Source: a virus
IMG/VR virus record: IMGVR_UViG_3300035661_000050
Direction: 5' to 3' (one strand)
Length of the DNA: 64,000 nt
Below the pieces are notes generated by a model. That model did not search any database, was not told where the DNA came from, and was given only the letters and a program-made list of their open reading frames with translations. Each line of letters begins with the position of its first letter. The first letter of the stretch is position 1. The translations under genes were made by a program, and so were the position numbers. Below, piece after piece: positions 47,754 to 57,573 of the stretch.

Positions 47754-48620
47754 ATGTCAAGTATTGGTGGAAAAAAACGAGAAAGCGTACAACAAGAATT
47801 CAAAAAATCTGTGGGACTGTTTGAAGCAACAGTGATGGCTATCAATCCAACTATTGAGGAATATAAAGATGTCCTTAATATGGAACTTAAAGAAGATAGT
47901 AGGGCTATTGAGTATTTGGGAAAGAGCAATGATGGTAATACAACACTTCGTGTGGATGTATGGCTAGAAGATGTTAAAACCAAAAACAAATTTAAAGCTA
48001 CATTCTTCCTTGAGGATAAAGAAAGAGAAAACAAAGATGGTTCTAAGAAACAATATATCAATTCTATTGGTGGTTGTTCTTGGGCTGATGATCCTAATAA
48101 TCTTCCTATATGGTTTAGTGCTAGAGAATATCGTGCAGCACATTCAGGTGAAGAAGAATTATATAACTTCTTACGCACATGGTTGGGTAATTTAGACTAT
48201 CGTGATGCTGAAACCACTCTTCAAATAGAATGGAAAAAGCTTATGAAAGGAAACACTAAAGACCTTAAAGATCAGATAAATGGTGAATGGTGTACAAGCG
48301 TTGTAGCACTAGCCACTATTAAAACTGTTATTAAGGATGATGAAACTAAAGAATATCAAGGAATTTATACAAAAGCATTCCTTCCTGCTTATAGCATTAA
48401 GCAATTTAGGCTTGTTAACTATAATGATTCTAAGATAATCAGTGTTTTAAGTCAGAAGAAATCTAAAGATTTGAAGCCTCATGAAAGATTTGTAGTGAAT
48501 CTTAATGGTGAATATGGATGTAAGGATTACTTCATTCTAAAGGATCTTGTAGAATATAATTCAGATGATAATTTGGTGGCATCAGATAAAACAATGTCTG
48601 ATGATGGTCCAGATCTATAA
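47754..48620 (+). CDS. Hypothetical protein (288 aa); possible ssDNA-binding protein (positional inference)
   Basis: ORF directly after the Sak4-like ATPase, with its own upstream box and terminator. No diagnostic motif. Confidence 0.5.
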   Translation: MSSIGGKKRESVQQEFKKSVGLFEATVMAINPTIEEYKDVLNMELKEDSRAIEYLGKSNDGNTTLRVDVWLEDVKTKNKFKATFFLEDKERENKDGSKKQYINSIGGCSWADDPNNLPIWFSAREYRAAHSGEEELYNFLRTWLGNLDYRDAETTLQIEWKKLMKGNTKDLKDQINGEWCTSVVALATIKTVIKDDETKEYQGIYTKAFLPAYSIKQFRLVNYNDSKIISVLSQKKSKDLKPHERFVVNLNGEYGCKDYFILKDLVEYNSDDNLVASDKTMSDDGPDL

Positions 48621-48639
48621 TATTTTGTGTGTTTGCATT

Positions 48640-48672
48640 AATCCCCTGCAGAAATGTGGGGGATTTTTTTTA
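48640..48672 (+). terminator. Intrinsic terminator (TCCCC..GGGGA hairpin + T9)
   Basis: cccctgcagaaatgtggggg followed by attttttttatttttaca. Confidence 0.55.
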
Positions 48673-48682
48673 TTTTTACAAT

Positions 48683-49684
48683 ATGATAACAGGTAGAAAA
48701 AAACAGAAATTAACACCAGAGGCAATCCTATCAAAAATAACAGAATTTGATATATTTCGATGGTACATGCCCCATAAAGACTGGAAATTGAATCATGTTA
48801 CATTTTCTCCCTTCAGAAATGAGAACAATCCTTCTTTTATTATAGGAAATAGGTATGGTAGAATGTCATTTATAGATTTTGCTGACACTTCAAAGAGAGG
48901 AGATTGTTTTAATTTTGTAAAAATCTTATTTAATCTCTCTTCCTTGGATGAGATATTAAAAATGATTGATAGGGATTTTGGACTAGGAATATCCTCTGGA
49001 TCAGAAACTGGTGAATATAGAAAGATAGTGGCTGAATACAAGCAACCTGTAGAAAGTAAGAGATATTCTCTTATTCAGGTGATAACAAGGAAGTTCACAC
49101 AAGAGGAATTAGCTTATTGGAATCAATATCACCAGGATTTACAAGATTTGAAGGATAACAATGTATATTCTATTAAACAGCTGTTCTTTAATAAACAGAA
49201 GTTTCCATTAAAGGAAACAGAGCTTAGGTTTGGTTATTTCTATGATGGGCATTGGAAAATATATAGACCAAACAATGATAGAAAGAATAAATGGGTGCCT
49301 AATAATGTACCTATTACAGCAATGGATGGTAAACTTGACATCACAAATTGTGATGTTGCATTCATTAACAAGAGCAAGAAGGATTATATGGTGATGAAAA
49401 AAGTGTTTCCCTGCTGTTGTGCTGTTCAGAATGAAGGAATGGGATGTTTCTCACATGAGAATGTAGAATATCTCAAAGCTAATTCTGACAGACAAATCCT
49501 ATCATTTGATAGTGATGTAGTGGGTGTAGCAAATTCACAACAAATCACAAAGCTCTTTAAATTTGACTATCTCAATGTTCCTAAAAAGTATCTATCTGAA
49601 GGAATTAAAGATTGGGCTTTATTAGCAAAAACTCATGGCTTACAAGTTATTGAGGATTATTTAAAAGAAAAACAATTATTATAA
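48683..49684 (+). CDS. Primase-like protein with TOPRIM-like domain (about 333 aa)
   Basis: ..VAFINKSKKDYMVMKKVF...ILSFDSDVVGVANSQQI.. resembles TOPRIM acidic motifs. Start moved downstream of terminator. Confidence 0.45.
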   Translation: MITGRKKQKLTPEAILSKITEFDIFRWYMPHKDWKLNHVTFSPFRNENNPSFIIGNRYGRMSFIDFADTSKRGDCFNFVKILFNLSSLDEILKMIDRDFGLGISSGSETGEYRKIVAEYKQPVESKRYSLIQVITRKFTQEELAYWNQYHQDLQDLKDNNVYSIKQLFFNKQKFPLKETELRFGYFYDGHWKIYRPNNDRKNKWVPNNVPITAMDGKLDITNCDVAFINKSKKDYMVMKKVFPCCCAVQNEGMGCFSHENVEYLKANSDRQILSFDSDVVGVANSQQITKLFKFDYLNVPKKYLSEGIKDWALLAKTHGLQVIEDYLKEKQLL

Positions 49685-49782
49685 TGGAAAAGAAGTTATT
49701 TGAAATCGATGGTTACAGAATTTGGGCTTATACATACGATGAAGCCTATCAAGATTATTTACGAATATTAAAATTCTAAGTT

Positions 49783-50004
49783 ATGAATCTAGACAGACAT
49801 GTATGGGAAGGATGGACAGTTCAATCTTTTATTGATGACCTAGAGCCATTATTTAATCAGATTATGGATGGGAATTCTTGGCAAAAACCATTTGCTTCTA
49901 AAGAGGAAATAAAAAAATGGTGTATGAATGAACAACCATATTACAAAAAGTATATTCCAGAAGTAGTTAATTATTTTAATCAAAAAGCAAAACAATTATT
50001 ATGA
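49783..50004 (+). CDS. Hypothetical protein (73 aa)
   Basis: ORF. Confidence 0.45.
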   Translation: MNLDRHVWEGWTVQSFIDDLEPLFNQIMDGNSWQKPFASKEEIKKWCMNEQPYYKKYIPEVVNYFNQKAKQLL

Positions 50005-50759
50005 CAACAACTTACAACACAACAAAGGGTGTTCTATTGAATGCACCTGTTCCTGCTCAAACACGCACATATAAGCCTGTAGCTCATGAGCAATTAATTG
50101 ATCTTACATTAAATAGTATTGAGAAAGCTGGCTTTTCATTAGACAAGGAACTATATTCTTGTTCAAGCAGTGGACAAATAGCTAATGGTAAATTCACTAT
50201 AAGCAATGTAGCAGATAGTGAAATGCAATTACAAATAGGCTGGCAGAATAGTTATAACAAAAGCCTCACTCTTAAATTTGCCATAGGAACTAGCATATTC
50301 ATTTGTCAAAATGGTTGTGTATCAGGTAATTATGGAGCTTTTAAGAGAAAGCATGTAGGAGAAATACAAACATTCACTCCTCAAGCTATTACAGACTATA
50401 TTCTTCAAGCAGGAGAAGCTTTTAGAAGAATCCAGAGAGAGCGTAATGAGATGAAGAACATTGAAATTACCTCTAGGATTAAAGCTGAGCTTATTGGTAG
50501 AATGATTGTTGAAGAGAAATTCATACAATCTACACAGCTTAACATCATCTCTAGAGAATTAGAAGCTCCTACACATGATTATAATGCTCCTAACAGCTTA
50601 TGGGAATTGTATAATTATACAACATTTGCTATGAAGGAATTACATCCTTCTATATGGATGGATAATCATATTAAAGCTCACGAATTCTTTGTGAATAAAT
50701 CAGGACTATTGGTTATGCCTCAAGAACCAAGTCCACTTGTACAATTAGAAATGTTTTAA
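50001..50759 (+). CDS. Hypothetical protein (252 aa)
   Basis: ORF with ATGA overlap. Unknown. Confidence 0.5.
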   Translation: MTTTYNTTKGVLLNAPVPAQTRTYKPVAHEQLIDLTLNSIEKAGFSLDKELYSCSSSGQIANGKFTISNVADSEMQLQIGWQNSYNKSLTLKFAIGTSIFICQNGCVSGNYGAFKRKHVGEIQTFTPQAITDYILQAGEAFRRIQRERNEMKNIEITSRIKAELIGRMIVEEKFIQSTQLNIISRELEAPTHDYNAPNSLWELYNYTTFAMKELHPSIWMDNHIKAHEFFVNKSGLLVMPQEPSPLVQLEMF

Positions 50760-50760
50760 T

Positions 50761-51477
50761 ATGAACTTTGATAAATTTAAAGATTGCTTTCATGAAAGCT
50801 GGCATACAAAAATTCAACCTTTTGTAGAGAGTGAGCAGTGTGACAAGATTTATGAGCATCTCAAGAAAGAAGTTAAAAGGGGCAAGAGAGTTGCCCCTCT
50901 TTCTTGTAATATTTATAGATGTTTCATGGAAACTCCTCTTACAGATGTAAAAGTGGTGATGGTGGGTATGTGCCCCTATCACTCAAGTAAGTTTGACCAA
51001 CCAATAGCTGATGGTCTTCTTATGGGATGTTCTACAACACAGGTGCTACAACCTTCATTAGAACAGTTTTATGGAGCTATTGAAAGAGAGCTATATGATG
51101 GTCTTGATCTTAAACATTTCAAGAATCCAGATGTTAGCTATTTAGCTCATCAAGGAGTGCTAATGCTTAATGCAGCTTTAACAACAGAAATAGGAAAAGC
51201 TGGTTCTCATATAGAATTATGGGAGCCCTTTACAAAATATCTGTTTGAAGAGGTGCTGTATTATTCAGGAGCTCCTGTTATATTCCTAGGAAAGGATGCT
51301 TCCAAATATAAGAAGCATTGTGCTCCTTTCACATGGATATTCACTCTATCACATCCAGCATCTGCATCTTACAAGAATACAGATTGGGATTCTGAAGGAG
51401 CGTTTGGAAAAGTTAACAAAATTCTTAAAGACAACAACAATTTTAACATTGAATGGTTAGACATGCTACCATTCTAA
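50761..51477 (+). CDS. Uracil-DNA glycosylase family-1 homologue with catalytic Asp replaced by Cys (238 aa)
   Basis: Aligns to Ung along its length. VKVVMVGMCPYHS vs VKVVILGQDPYHG. QGVLMLNAALT vs QGVLLLNTVLT. LSHPASAS vs HPSPLSA. Confidence 0.6.
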   Translation: MNFDKFKDCFHESWHTKIQPFVESEQCDKIYEHLKKEVKRGKRVAPLSCNIYRCFMETPLTDVKVVMVGMCPYHSSKFDQPIADGLLMGCSTTQVLQPSLEQFYGAIERELYDGLDLKHFKNPDVSYLAHQGVLMLNAALTTEIGKAGSHIELWEPFTKYLFEEVLYYSGAPVIFLGKDASKYKKHCAPFTWIFTLSHPASASYKNTDWDSEGAFGKVNKILKDNNNFNIEWLDMLPF

Positions 51478-51489
51478 AAATCATCAATT

Positions 51490-51870
51490 ATGAGAAATTT
51501 AAAATATGGAGGACAATTAGAAATAGGAGATTTTATTGCTGTTAGCAATGGTAATCACATTGATCTTGGATGGTATTGTGGAGATGGTAGTAATACTTTA
51601 CAATATTATAGTTATGTAGTTCCAGCAAGTGCTCATAAACAATATAAAGATTGGTTAAATCAATCAGACGCAGATAGAAGTGCATGGAGAACTAAACTAT
51701 ACACTAAAGGATTCACAAAGAAGTGTTTATGGAAATCTTATATAAATACTGTACATAGCACAAGAGTAGTAAAAATTGTTCGTCCAGAAGATATATTTAC
51801 AAATAAAGAAGATAGAGATAACTATGAAGAATCAAAAGAAGCACTAATTACATTAAATTTCATAAAATAA
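51490..51870 (+). CDS. Hypothetical protein (126 aa)
   Basis: ORF. Confidence 0.5.
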   Translation: MRNLKYGGQLEIGDFIAVSNGNHIDLGWYCGDGSNTLQYYSYVVPASAHKQYKDWLNQSDADRSAWRTKLYTKGFTKKCLWKSYINTVHSTRVVKIVRPEDIFTNKEDRDNYEESKEALITLNFIK

Positions 51871-51876
51871 TAAATT

Positions 51877-54174
51877 ATGATCATCGAAAAACAAACAGAA
51901 GCAAACATTGTTAAAGAAGGAGAATCCCAAGAATCTATTGGGATGTCCTTAGATTTAGATTCTGCACAGATATTGATGCAGATGTTAAGTAAGAATCTAT
52001 ATTCAGATTCAATTGGTTCCACTGTTAGAGAATGTGCTAGTAATGCACTAGATAGTCACAGAAGAGCTGGTGTTGATAAGCCTATTGTTGTATCATTTAA
52101 ACCAATAGGAGGACAATATGAATTCTCTGTAGAAGATTTTGGTGTAGGACTAGATGCTGATGATGTAAAGAACATTATTAGTAAATATGGTAAGTCTACC
52201 AAAAGAAACAGTGCTACAGAACTTGGGATGATGGGACTCGGATTTAAAGCACCACTAGCTTATAGCTCTAGTTTCTATTTTATATGTCGTAAAGATAGTG
52301 TTGAAAGAAAGTATATGATGTATGAGGGAGAAGACACAAACACTATTGATCTATTGTATGAGAAAGCTACAAAAGAGGGTAATGGTGTAAAGGTGATTAT
52401 TCCTGTTAAATATGGTGATAGAAGAGAATTCTATAGTAAAATTCAAGAGCAATTAGCCTATTTTCAGAATGTATATTTTGATTGTGAGGATAATATAGAT
52501 AATAATTTTATTATATATAGGAATGACCTTTTCCAATTCTCTCAATTAGCCACTGATAGCAATTTACATATATGCTTGGATGATGTGTATTATCCTATAG
52601 ATTTCAATAAGATTGGGATAAATAGTTTAAATTTCCCTATAGCATTGAAATTTGGGCTAAGTGATGGGATATTCCCCACTCCAAACAGAGAATCTATCAG
52701 ATATACCAAAGAAGCTAAAGAAACCATTCTTAAGAAAATAGGTGATGTAGCTGATTATTTTGTAAAGAAGTATAATGAAACTATTAGCGATAGTGATGAT
52801 TTAGATGCTATTTTACGTTATTATGACAATTCAAGTAAATTATTAGATTGGCATAATAAACATCTAGACATATCTGGTATAAGCCAATATTCTAAACTTT
52901 CATTTACATCTCCTAAACTTAAAGGAGTAGAACTTTTAAATCTTGAAAGGCTGTATAAGATGAGAGATTATATATTCTGTGAATTTGAAAAGAAGTTCAC
53001 TTATGATCATAAAAGATTTCGTCAGTGCAAAACTTCTTATTCCACTCGTTTAAACTGGAATAGATGGGTAAATGTTAGTGACATCTATAAATATGATGAT
53101 AAGTTAAGTATTGTAATGAAAGATTGGATAAAGGCTAATTTCGATAGTAGTAAGAGTTATATCTTTGTTAAGAAGGTAAACTCTTTTAAGCTTGGTAATT
53201 ACAAGAGTCAGGAATATAAAACATATCATCAGTTGCTTGGTCTTGGAAGTAAACCAAAATCTCAATGGAGACAGCTCATTAAAGAGTTTCATATTGCTAT
53301 TGGTACAGTGACAGATAAATTCCAAAGTTTAGATGCTGTTGAGATTCCTCAGAGCTTCAGAGACAGAAAGAAGAAAGCTAAAGTTGTAATCTCAGCATCT
53401 GGTGTTAAAACCAGAAGAATAAAGCTACAGGGAGAAATGAATGGTAAAATAGCAACATCTCTAGAAAGAACAGTGGATGGGCAGAGTTGTAAATTTGTTC
53501 CTATACTATTACAAATGAATGAGTTATACAAACGCAAGTCTCTTATGGTGTATGGAAAGGAAGCAGACAAAAAACAAATGGATTCATTATTTAGATCATT
53601 TAAGAATAATGTTGAATTTGTCATACTTTCTGACAGAGAGTTTAATAACATGCAAAAAGTTAATTTACACAATTGGAAAACTATGGAAGAATTTATGAAA
53701 GGAGATAGTAAGCCCTTTAAGAGAATTGCTACAGCTTATTTGATTGATAGGTTGAATGATAAATACACAGATACATTTGTAGAAGATAGAAATATCGTAA
53801 AAGATGTTTCTACAGATTTATTTGATAAAATCCTTATTCTTGAAAAGTATAGGGATTTACATAGTAAATATTCTGATTCTGATGTAATTAGTGCAATTAT
53901 AGAAATGGCTGAAGCTAATCAATTGTATGATATGGAAATATATCCTATATATAAGGATGTCAAGAATATTCTTGAAAGACTTCCATTCATTAATGTCATA
54001 TGTGAAGCTAGTAATGGTAGAAAATATAATGGTGAAGAAAGTATTAAATGGAAACTAGTTATGACAGATCTGTTTAAATATCACAGACAAAAAGTAAATT
54101 GGCAGAACTACAAGATTAAGCTAAACGATGAAATAGTTACACCTATCACAGATGAAATCATGGAACAATCATAA
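51877..54174 (+). CDS. rIIA: rIIA-like protein: N-terminal GHKL (Bergerat-fold) ATPase domain (765 aa)
   Basis: N-box RECASNALDS, G1 box EDFGVGLD, G2 box GMMGLGFKA in correct order and spacing. Size, N-terminal GHKL and a downstream partner gene fit phage rIIA. Confidence 0.45.
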   Translation: MIIEKQTEANIVKEGESQESIGMSLDLDSAQILMQMLSKNLYSDSIGSTVRECASNALDSHRRAGVDKPIVVSFKPIGGQYEFSVEDFGVGLDADDVKNIISKYGKSTKRNSATELGMMGLGFKAPLAYSSSFYFICRKDSVERKYMMYEGEDTNTIDLLYEKATKEGNGVKVIIPVKYGDRREFYSKIQEQLAYFQNVYFDCEDNIDNNFIIYRNDLFQFSQLATDSNLHICLDDVYYPIDFNKIGINSLNFPIALKFGLSDGIFPTPNRESIRYTKEAKETILKKIGDVADYFVKKYNETISDSDDLDAILRYYDNSSKLLDWHNKHLDISGISQYSKLSFTSPKLKGVELLNLERLYKMRDYIFCEFEKKFTYDHKRFRQCKTSYSTRLNWNRWVNVSDIYKYDDKLSIVMKDWIKANFDSSKSYIFVKKVNSFKLGNYKSQEYKTYHQLLGLGSKPKSQWRQLIKEFHIAIGTVTDKFQSLDAVEIPQSFRDRKKKAKVVISASGVKTRRIKLQGEMNGKIATSLERTVDGQSCKFVPILLQMNELYKRKSLMVYGKEADKKQMDSLFRSFKNNVEFVILSDREFNNMQKVNLHNWKTMEEFMKGDSKPFKRIATAYLIDRLNDKYTDTFVEDRNIVKDVSTDLFDKILILEKYRDLHSKYSDSDVISAIIEMAEANQLYDMEIYPIYKDVKNILERLPFINVICEASNGRKYNGEESIKWKLVMTDLFKYHRQKVNWQNYKIKLNDEIVTPITDEIMEQS

Positions 54175-54189
54175 ATCACAATTTAAAAC
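54174..54189 (+). promoter_or_regulatory. Upstream box (a) variant AATCACAATTTAAAAC, 8 nt before ATG 54198
   Basis: Motif core. Confidence 0.4.
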
Positions 54190-54197
54190 AAAAAAAA

Positions 54198-55694
54198 ATG
54201 AGTTTATTTAACCTCGACTGGTTTAAGTCAAAAGCAAAAGTAATTGCAGATCTTGAAAAACAACTTGAAAAGGAAATTCAAGAGCTAGCAAATATGAAAA
54301 CTGGTTCTAATTTTCCTCCTTATCCAGGATCAGATTATGATGTGGATAGTACAAAACCTTATATAACCATTAAGTTGGTTAATGATGTTCTCACCATTGT
54401 ACTTAATGATGGGAACATATTTAGTAAGCCCAATGCTACAATTGAGGACTTCACTAATGCAAGAAATGCTAGAACAGAAGATGAGCTATTTAATGTTTGT
54501 ACATCAGCAGAGGTGTTAGCTGATAAGAAAGCTAGAGAAGCAGAAATTGCTAGAGCTAAAGCTATTCTTGAAGGTATTGAGAAGCTTAAAAGCTATTCTC
54601 ATGAGTTTCGTGTAGAAGGTACATCTGTTTATTTCAAGGGTATTGATAGAACTCTTCCTCAGGTGATGATAGAAGAAATCTTGACAATTATTGATAAATA
54701 TAAATATGCAGATTTTACACAAATGGATGAGTATCAAGCAATTAAGAGATTCTTTATGTGGTGTTGCCTCAATCCAAGAGCTGAAGTTGCTAATGAACTG
54801 TATAGGTTTTTAAAGGATAATTCCTTCAGAATCACAAAACAGGGCTTCTTTGTTGCTCTTAGGAATGTTGTTACACTTCATGGAAGTAATCAGCTTGTTC
54901 AATTTGTAAGCAATGTTTATAACAAGGTGAAAGCTGTTTGGAAAACCAATCCTAGTGAATATCATGTATTTCTTAATAATGGTGCATATGAATTAGTTCA
55001 TGAAGATGCTATTTATGAAGATGTTGAGCAAGCTTGTAATGATTGTAATGAAAATGGTCAAACTTGGAATGAAGAGTATGAAGAATATAACACCTGTTAT
55101 AATTGTGATGGTGATGGTATAATCTTTGAAAGAATTAAAAAACAAGGTGGACAAGATCTTGGAGTTCTTACAGACTTATATCTTGATCTTCCTAATAGGC
55201 ATGAGAATAGATTTACAGATGATTGGACCAAAACATTTGATATTAGAATTGGTCAACCTGTAACTATGCCTCTAGACCAGTGCAATTGGAGTACACAAGA
55301 TTGTGCTGCTGCAGGATTACATTTCACTAGTGATCAGATTCATTATGTAGGATGTGGTGACCAATCTGTTCTTGTTTTAATCAATCCAATGAAAGTTGTA
55401 GGTATTGGGCAACATAAGGGTAGATGTTATGAGTATTTACCAATTATGACTGTTGCACGTGAGGAAGCTACAAATATTCTTCATGATGGTATGTTTGATA
55501 CTTTACAGCTTGATGAGCAATTTGCTATAGACCAACTTCAAAATCTAGGAGAAATAGCTAAAGCAGGATTTGCTATAGAATCTAAGAAGCATGAGTTCTA
55601 TATGCCACAGATTTCTATATCAGAAATCAATAATATTGTTCTATCTCTGGAAGATATGAAAAAAGAAATATCTGGAAGAGTGAAGAATATTTAG
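54198..55694 (+). CDS. rIIB: rIIB-like protein (498 aa), tentative
   Basis: Immediately follows the rIIA-like gene. C-terminal ..CAAAGLHFTSDQIHYVGCGDQSVLVLINPMKVVGIG..RCYEYLP resembles the conserved rIIB C-terminal block as remembered. Not verified. Confidence 0.35.
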   Translation: MSLFNLDWFKSKAKVIADLEKQLEKEIQELANMKTGSNFPPYPGSDYDVDSTKPYITIKLVNDVLTIVLNDGNIFSKPNATIEDFTNARNARTEDELFNVCTSAEVLADKKAREAEIARAKAILEGIEKLKSYSHEFRVEGTSVYFKGIDRTLPQVMIEEILTIIDKYKYADFTQMDEYQAIKRFFMWCCLNPRAEVANELYRFLKDNSFRITKQGFFVALRNVVTLHGSNQLVQFVSNVYNKVKAVWKTNPSEYHVFLNNGAYELVHEDAIYEDVEQACNDCNENGQTWNEEYEEYNTCYNCDGDGIIFERIKKQGGQDLGVLTDLYLDLPNRHENRFTDDWTKTFDIRIGQPVTMPLDQCNWSTQDCAAAGLHFTSDQIHYVGCGDQSVLVLINPMKVVGIGQHKGRCYEYLPIMTVAREEATNILHDGMFDTLQLDEQFAIDQLQNLGEIAKAGFAIESKKHEFYMPQISISEINNIVLSLEDMKKEISGRVKNI

Positions 55695-55706
55695 TACATT
55701 TGGAAT

Positions 55707-56105
55707 ATGGCTAAACGTATAAAAACACTAAAGACTAGGAATGCTGGTTCTATGACAGAATCAGCATTCTGGTCTTTTATTAGAAGTGCTCTAAGACAAA
55801 AGAGTAGATGGTGGAAACCCATTACACAATGTAAAATGAAAGCAAGAAGGGCTTATAAAGGTCCAAATAAGAGACAGAAATTTGAATATCAGTGTAAAGA
55901 ATGTAATAATTGGTTCCCTGATAAGAAGATTAACGTTGATCATATTGTTCCTGCTGGTACATTGAGATGTGCTAATGATCTTCCAGGATTTGTTGATAGA
56001 CTCTTTTGTGAAATAGACAATCTACAGGTGCTTTGCCAGGTTTGCCATGATAAAAAAACAAAATTAGAGAAAGATGGAAAAAGAAATAGAAGTAAAGCTA
56101 AATAA
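55707..56105 (+). CDS. HNH endonuclease (132 aa), free-standing
   Basis: ..INVDHIVPAG...LQVLCQVCHDKKT.. is an HNH motif with a zinc-binding Cys pair. Confidence 0.6.
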   Translation: MAKRIKTLKTRNAGSMTESAFWSFIRSALRQKSRWWKPITQCKMKARRAYKGPNKRQKFEYQCKECNNWFPDKKINVDHIVPAGTLRCANDLPGFVDRLFCEIDNLQVLCQVCHDKKTKLEKDGKRNRSKAK

Positions 56106-56340
56106 ACAACCCTCATTCAGTGAAATATGGTATGAAGGAGTTGTTTTATATAATGGAGAAGAACATAAGTTTTGGCTTGTAGATCCAAAATCCTCAGATG
56201 CTGCTGATAATCAGTATGAATGTGAGGTGAAATGGTTCTTCAAAACTGTTCCTATGGAAGTGAGAAGATCATATGCTAGTATTATAGAAATGTACAAAAA
56301 CCTCCACAGCAATGATACACGAACTGAGAAATCCAATTGA
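56074..56340 (+). CDS. Hypothetical protein (88 aa)
   Basis: ORF overlapping the HNH 3' end by 32 nt. Confidence 0.4.
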   Translation: MEKEIEVKLNKQPSFSEIWYEGVVLYNGEEHKFWLVDPKSSDAADNQYECEVKWFFKTVPMEVRRSYASIIEMYKNLHSNDTRTEKSN

Positions 56341-56530
56341 TGTAGAAACACCATTAGGTTATGGTAAATGCATAGCCTGGATAGATTATGGACCAGATGT
56401 TAATACAGTCTGGAAGGTAGTATTCTATTCTGATGGTAGTGTACGTAATTTCTATGATGATGATGTACATGTCTATCCTAATAAGATGGATGGTGGAGAT
56501 ATTAAATTACCAGAAAATTTTAAAAAATGA
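56312..56530 (+). CDS. Hypothetical protein (72 aa)
   Basis: ORF. Confidence 0.4.
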   Translation: MIHELRNPIDVETPLGYGKCIAWIDYGPDVNTVWKVVFYSDGSVRNFYDDDVHVYPNKMDGGDIKLPENFKK

Positions 56531-57573
56531 TAGCAGGAAAATCAAAAACAGAAGCCACATATAGGGCTGTAAATCTCGATAGTTCTTCTAGTCTGAAGGA
56601 ATTCTCTATGGACAGGAGGAAGTATTACAAAAAGTATATATTAAATGAAAGCATAGAAGATGCTGATAACAAAGCAGCTATCACTGGTAGAGTGGTAGAA
56701 ACCCTTCTATTAGAACCTGAAGAGTTTGATGGTAGATTCTATATGTCTTCTTGTGCAAAACCACCAACCTTGCTTATGCTAGCGTTTGTAGAAGGATTGT
56801 ATAAATATACAACAGAAGCTACAGATGAGTTTGGTAATGTTAGCAGGACGTTTGAAGAAATTGCAAAGGATGCATATGTAGAATCAGGATTTAGCATTAA
56901 ATTTGATGCTGTTCTGAAGAAGTTTGAAGGTTCTGATGCTGAGATTTATTATAAAGAAATCAGGGAAGTGAGAAGTAAAGGGCTCACTGTAGTAACCACT
57001 GAGGATATATCCAATGCTGAAAAGATTGTAAATGAGCTAAGAGTTAATAATGTCACCTCTGATATAGTGAATAAGGTGAATAGCTCTAGATGGACTATAT
57101 ACAATCAATTGCAAATAGAGGGATATGAAATAGATGGTCATTTATTCAAGAGCATGATGGACAAGCTGATCGTTGATCACGAACAGCGAACAATCCATGT
57201 TTATGATCTTAAATGTACATGGAGTGTTGAAAGATTCTATGAAGAATACTATCTTTACAGAAGATCTTACATTCAGGCATATTTATATTGGAAAGCTGCA
57301 GTTGCTTTTAAGAATGAGAATGATATGGCTGATTATGAAATCATGCCTATTAAGTTTGTAGTTTGTGACAGCACAAATTATTATAATCCCCTTGTATATG
57401 AGCTATCTATGGAAGATTTAGTTGAAGCATATGAGGGATTTGAGCATAAAGGACGTACATATCCTGGTGTTAAAACTCTCATTCAGGAGCTTGATTGGGC
57501 TCTTAAGAATAATGTATGGAATATTTCTATGAAGAACTATTTAAATAATGGACTTTTAAACATTAAAGGCTAA
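56527..57573 (+). CDS. PD-(D/E)XK nuclease, lambda-exonuclease/YqaJ-like (348 aa), tentative
   Basis: ..LIVDHEQRTIHVYDLKCTW.. resembles the D..(E/D)LKC core of YqaJ/lambda Exo. RecA and Sak4-like genes are in the same module. Confidence 0.4.
   Translation: MIAGKSKTEATYRAVNLDSSSSLKEFSMDRRKYYKKYILNESIEDADNKAAITGRVVETLLLEPEEFDGRFYMSSCAKPPTLLMLAFVEGLYKYTTEATDEFGNVSRTFEEIAKDAYVESGFSIKFDAVLKKFEGSDAEIYYKEIREVRSKGLTVVTTEDISNAEKIVNELRVNNVTSDIVNKVNSSRWTIYNQLQIEGYEIDGHLFKSMMDKLIVDHEQRTIHVYDLKCTWSVERFYEEYYLYRRSYIQAYLYWKAAVAFKNENDMADYEIMPIKFVVCDSTNYYNPLVYELSMEDLVEAYEGFEHKGRTYPGVKTLIQELDWALKNNVWNISMKNYLNNGLLNIKG

Noticed and set aside
57173-57361. Several short internal or overlapping track ORFs (e.g. 57173-57361, 53104-53325, 53349-53672, 41206-41882, 43056-43280, 47744-48178)
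   Set aside because: Embedded within, or antisense to, longer ORFs that have clear motifs. Compositionally implausible.
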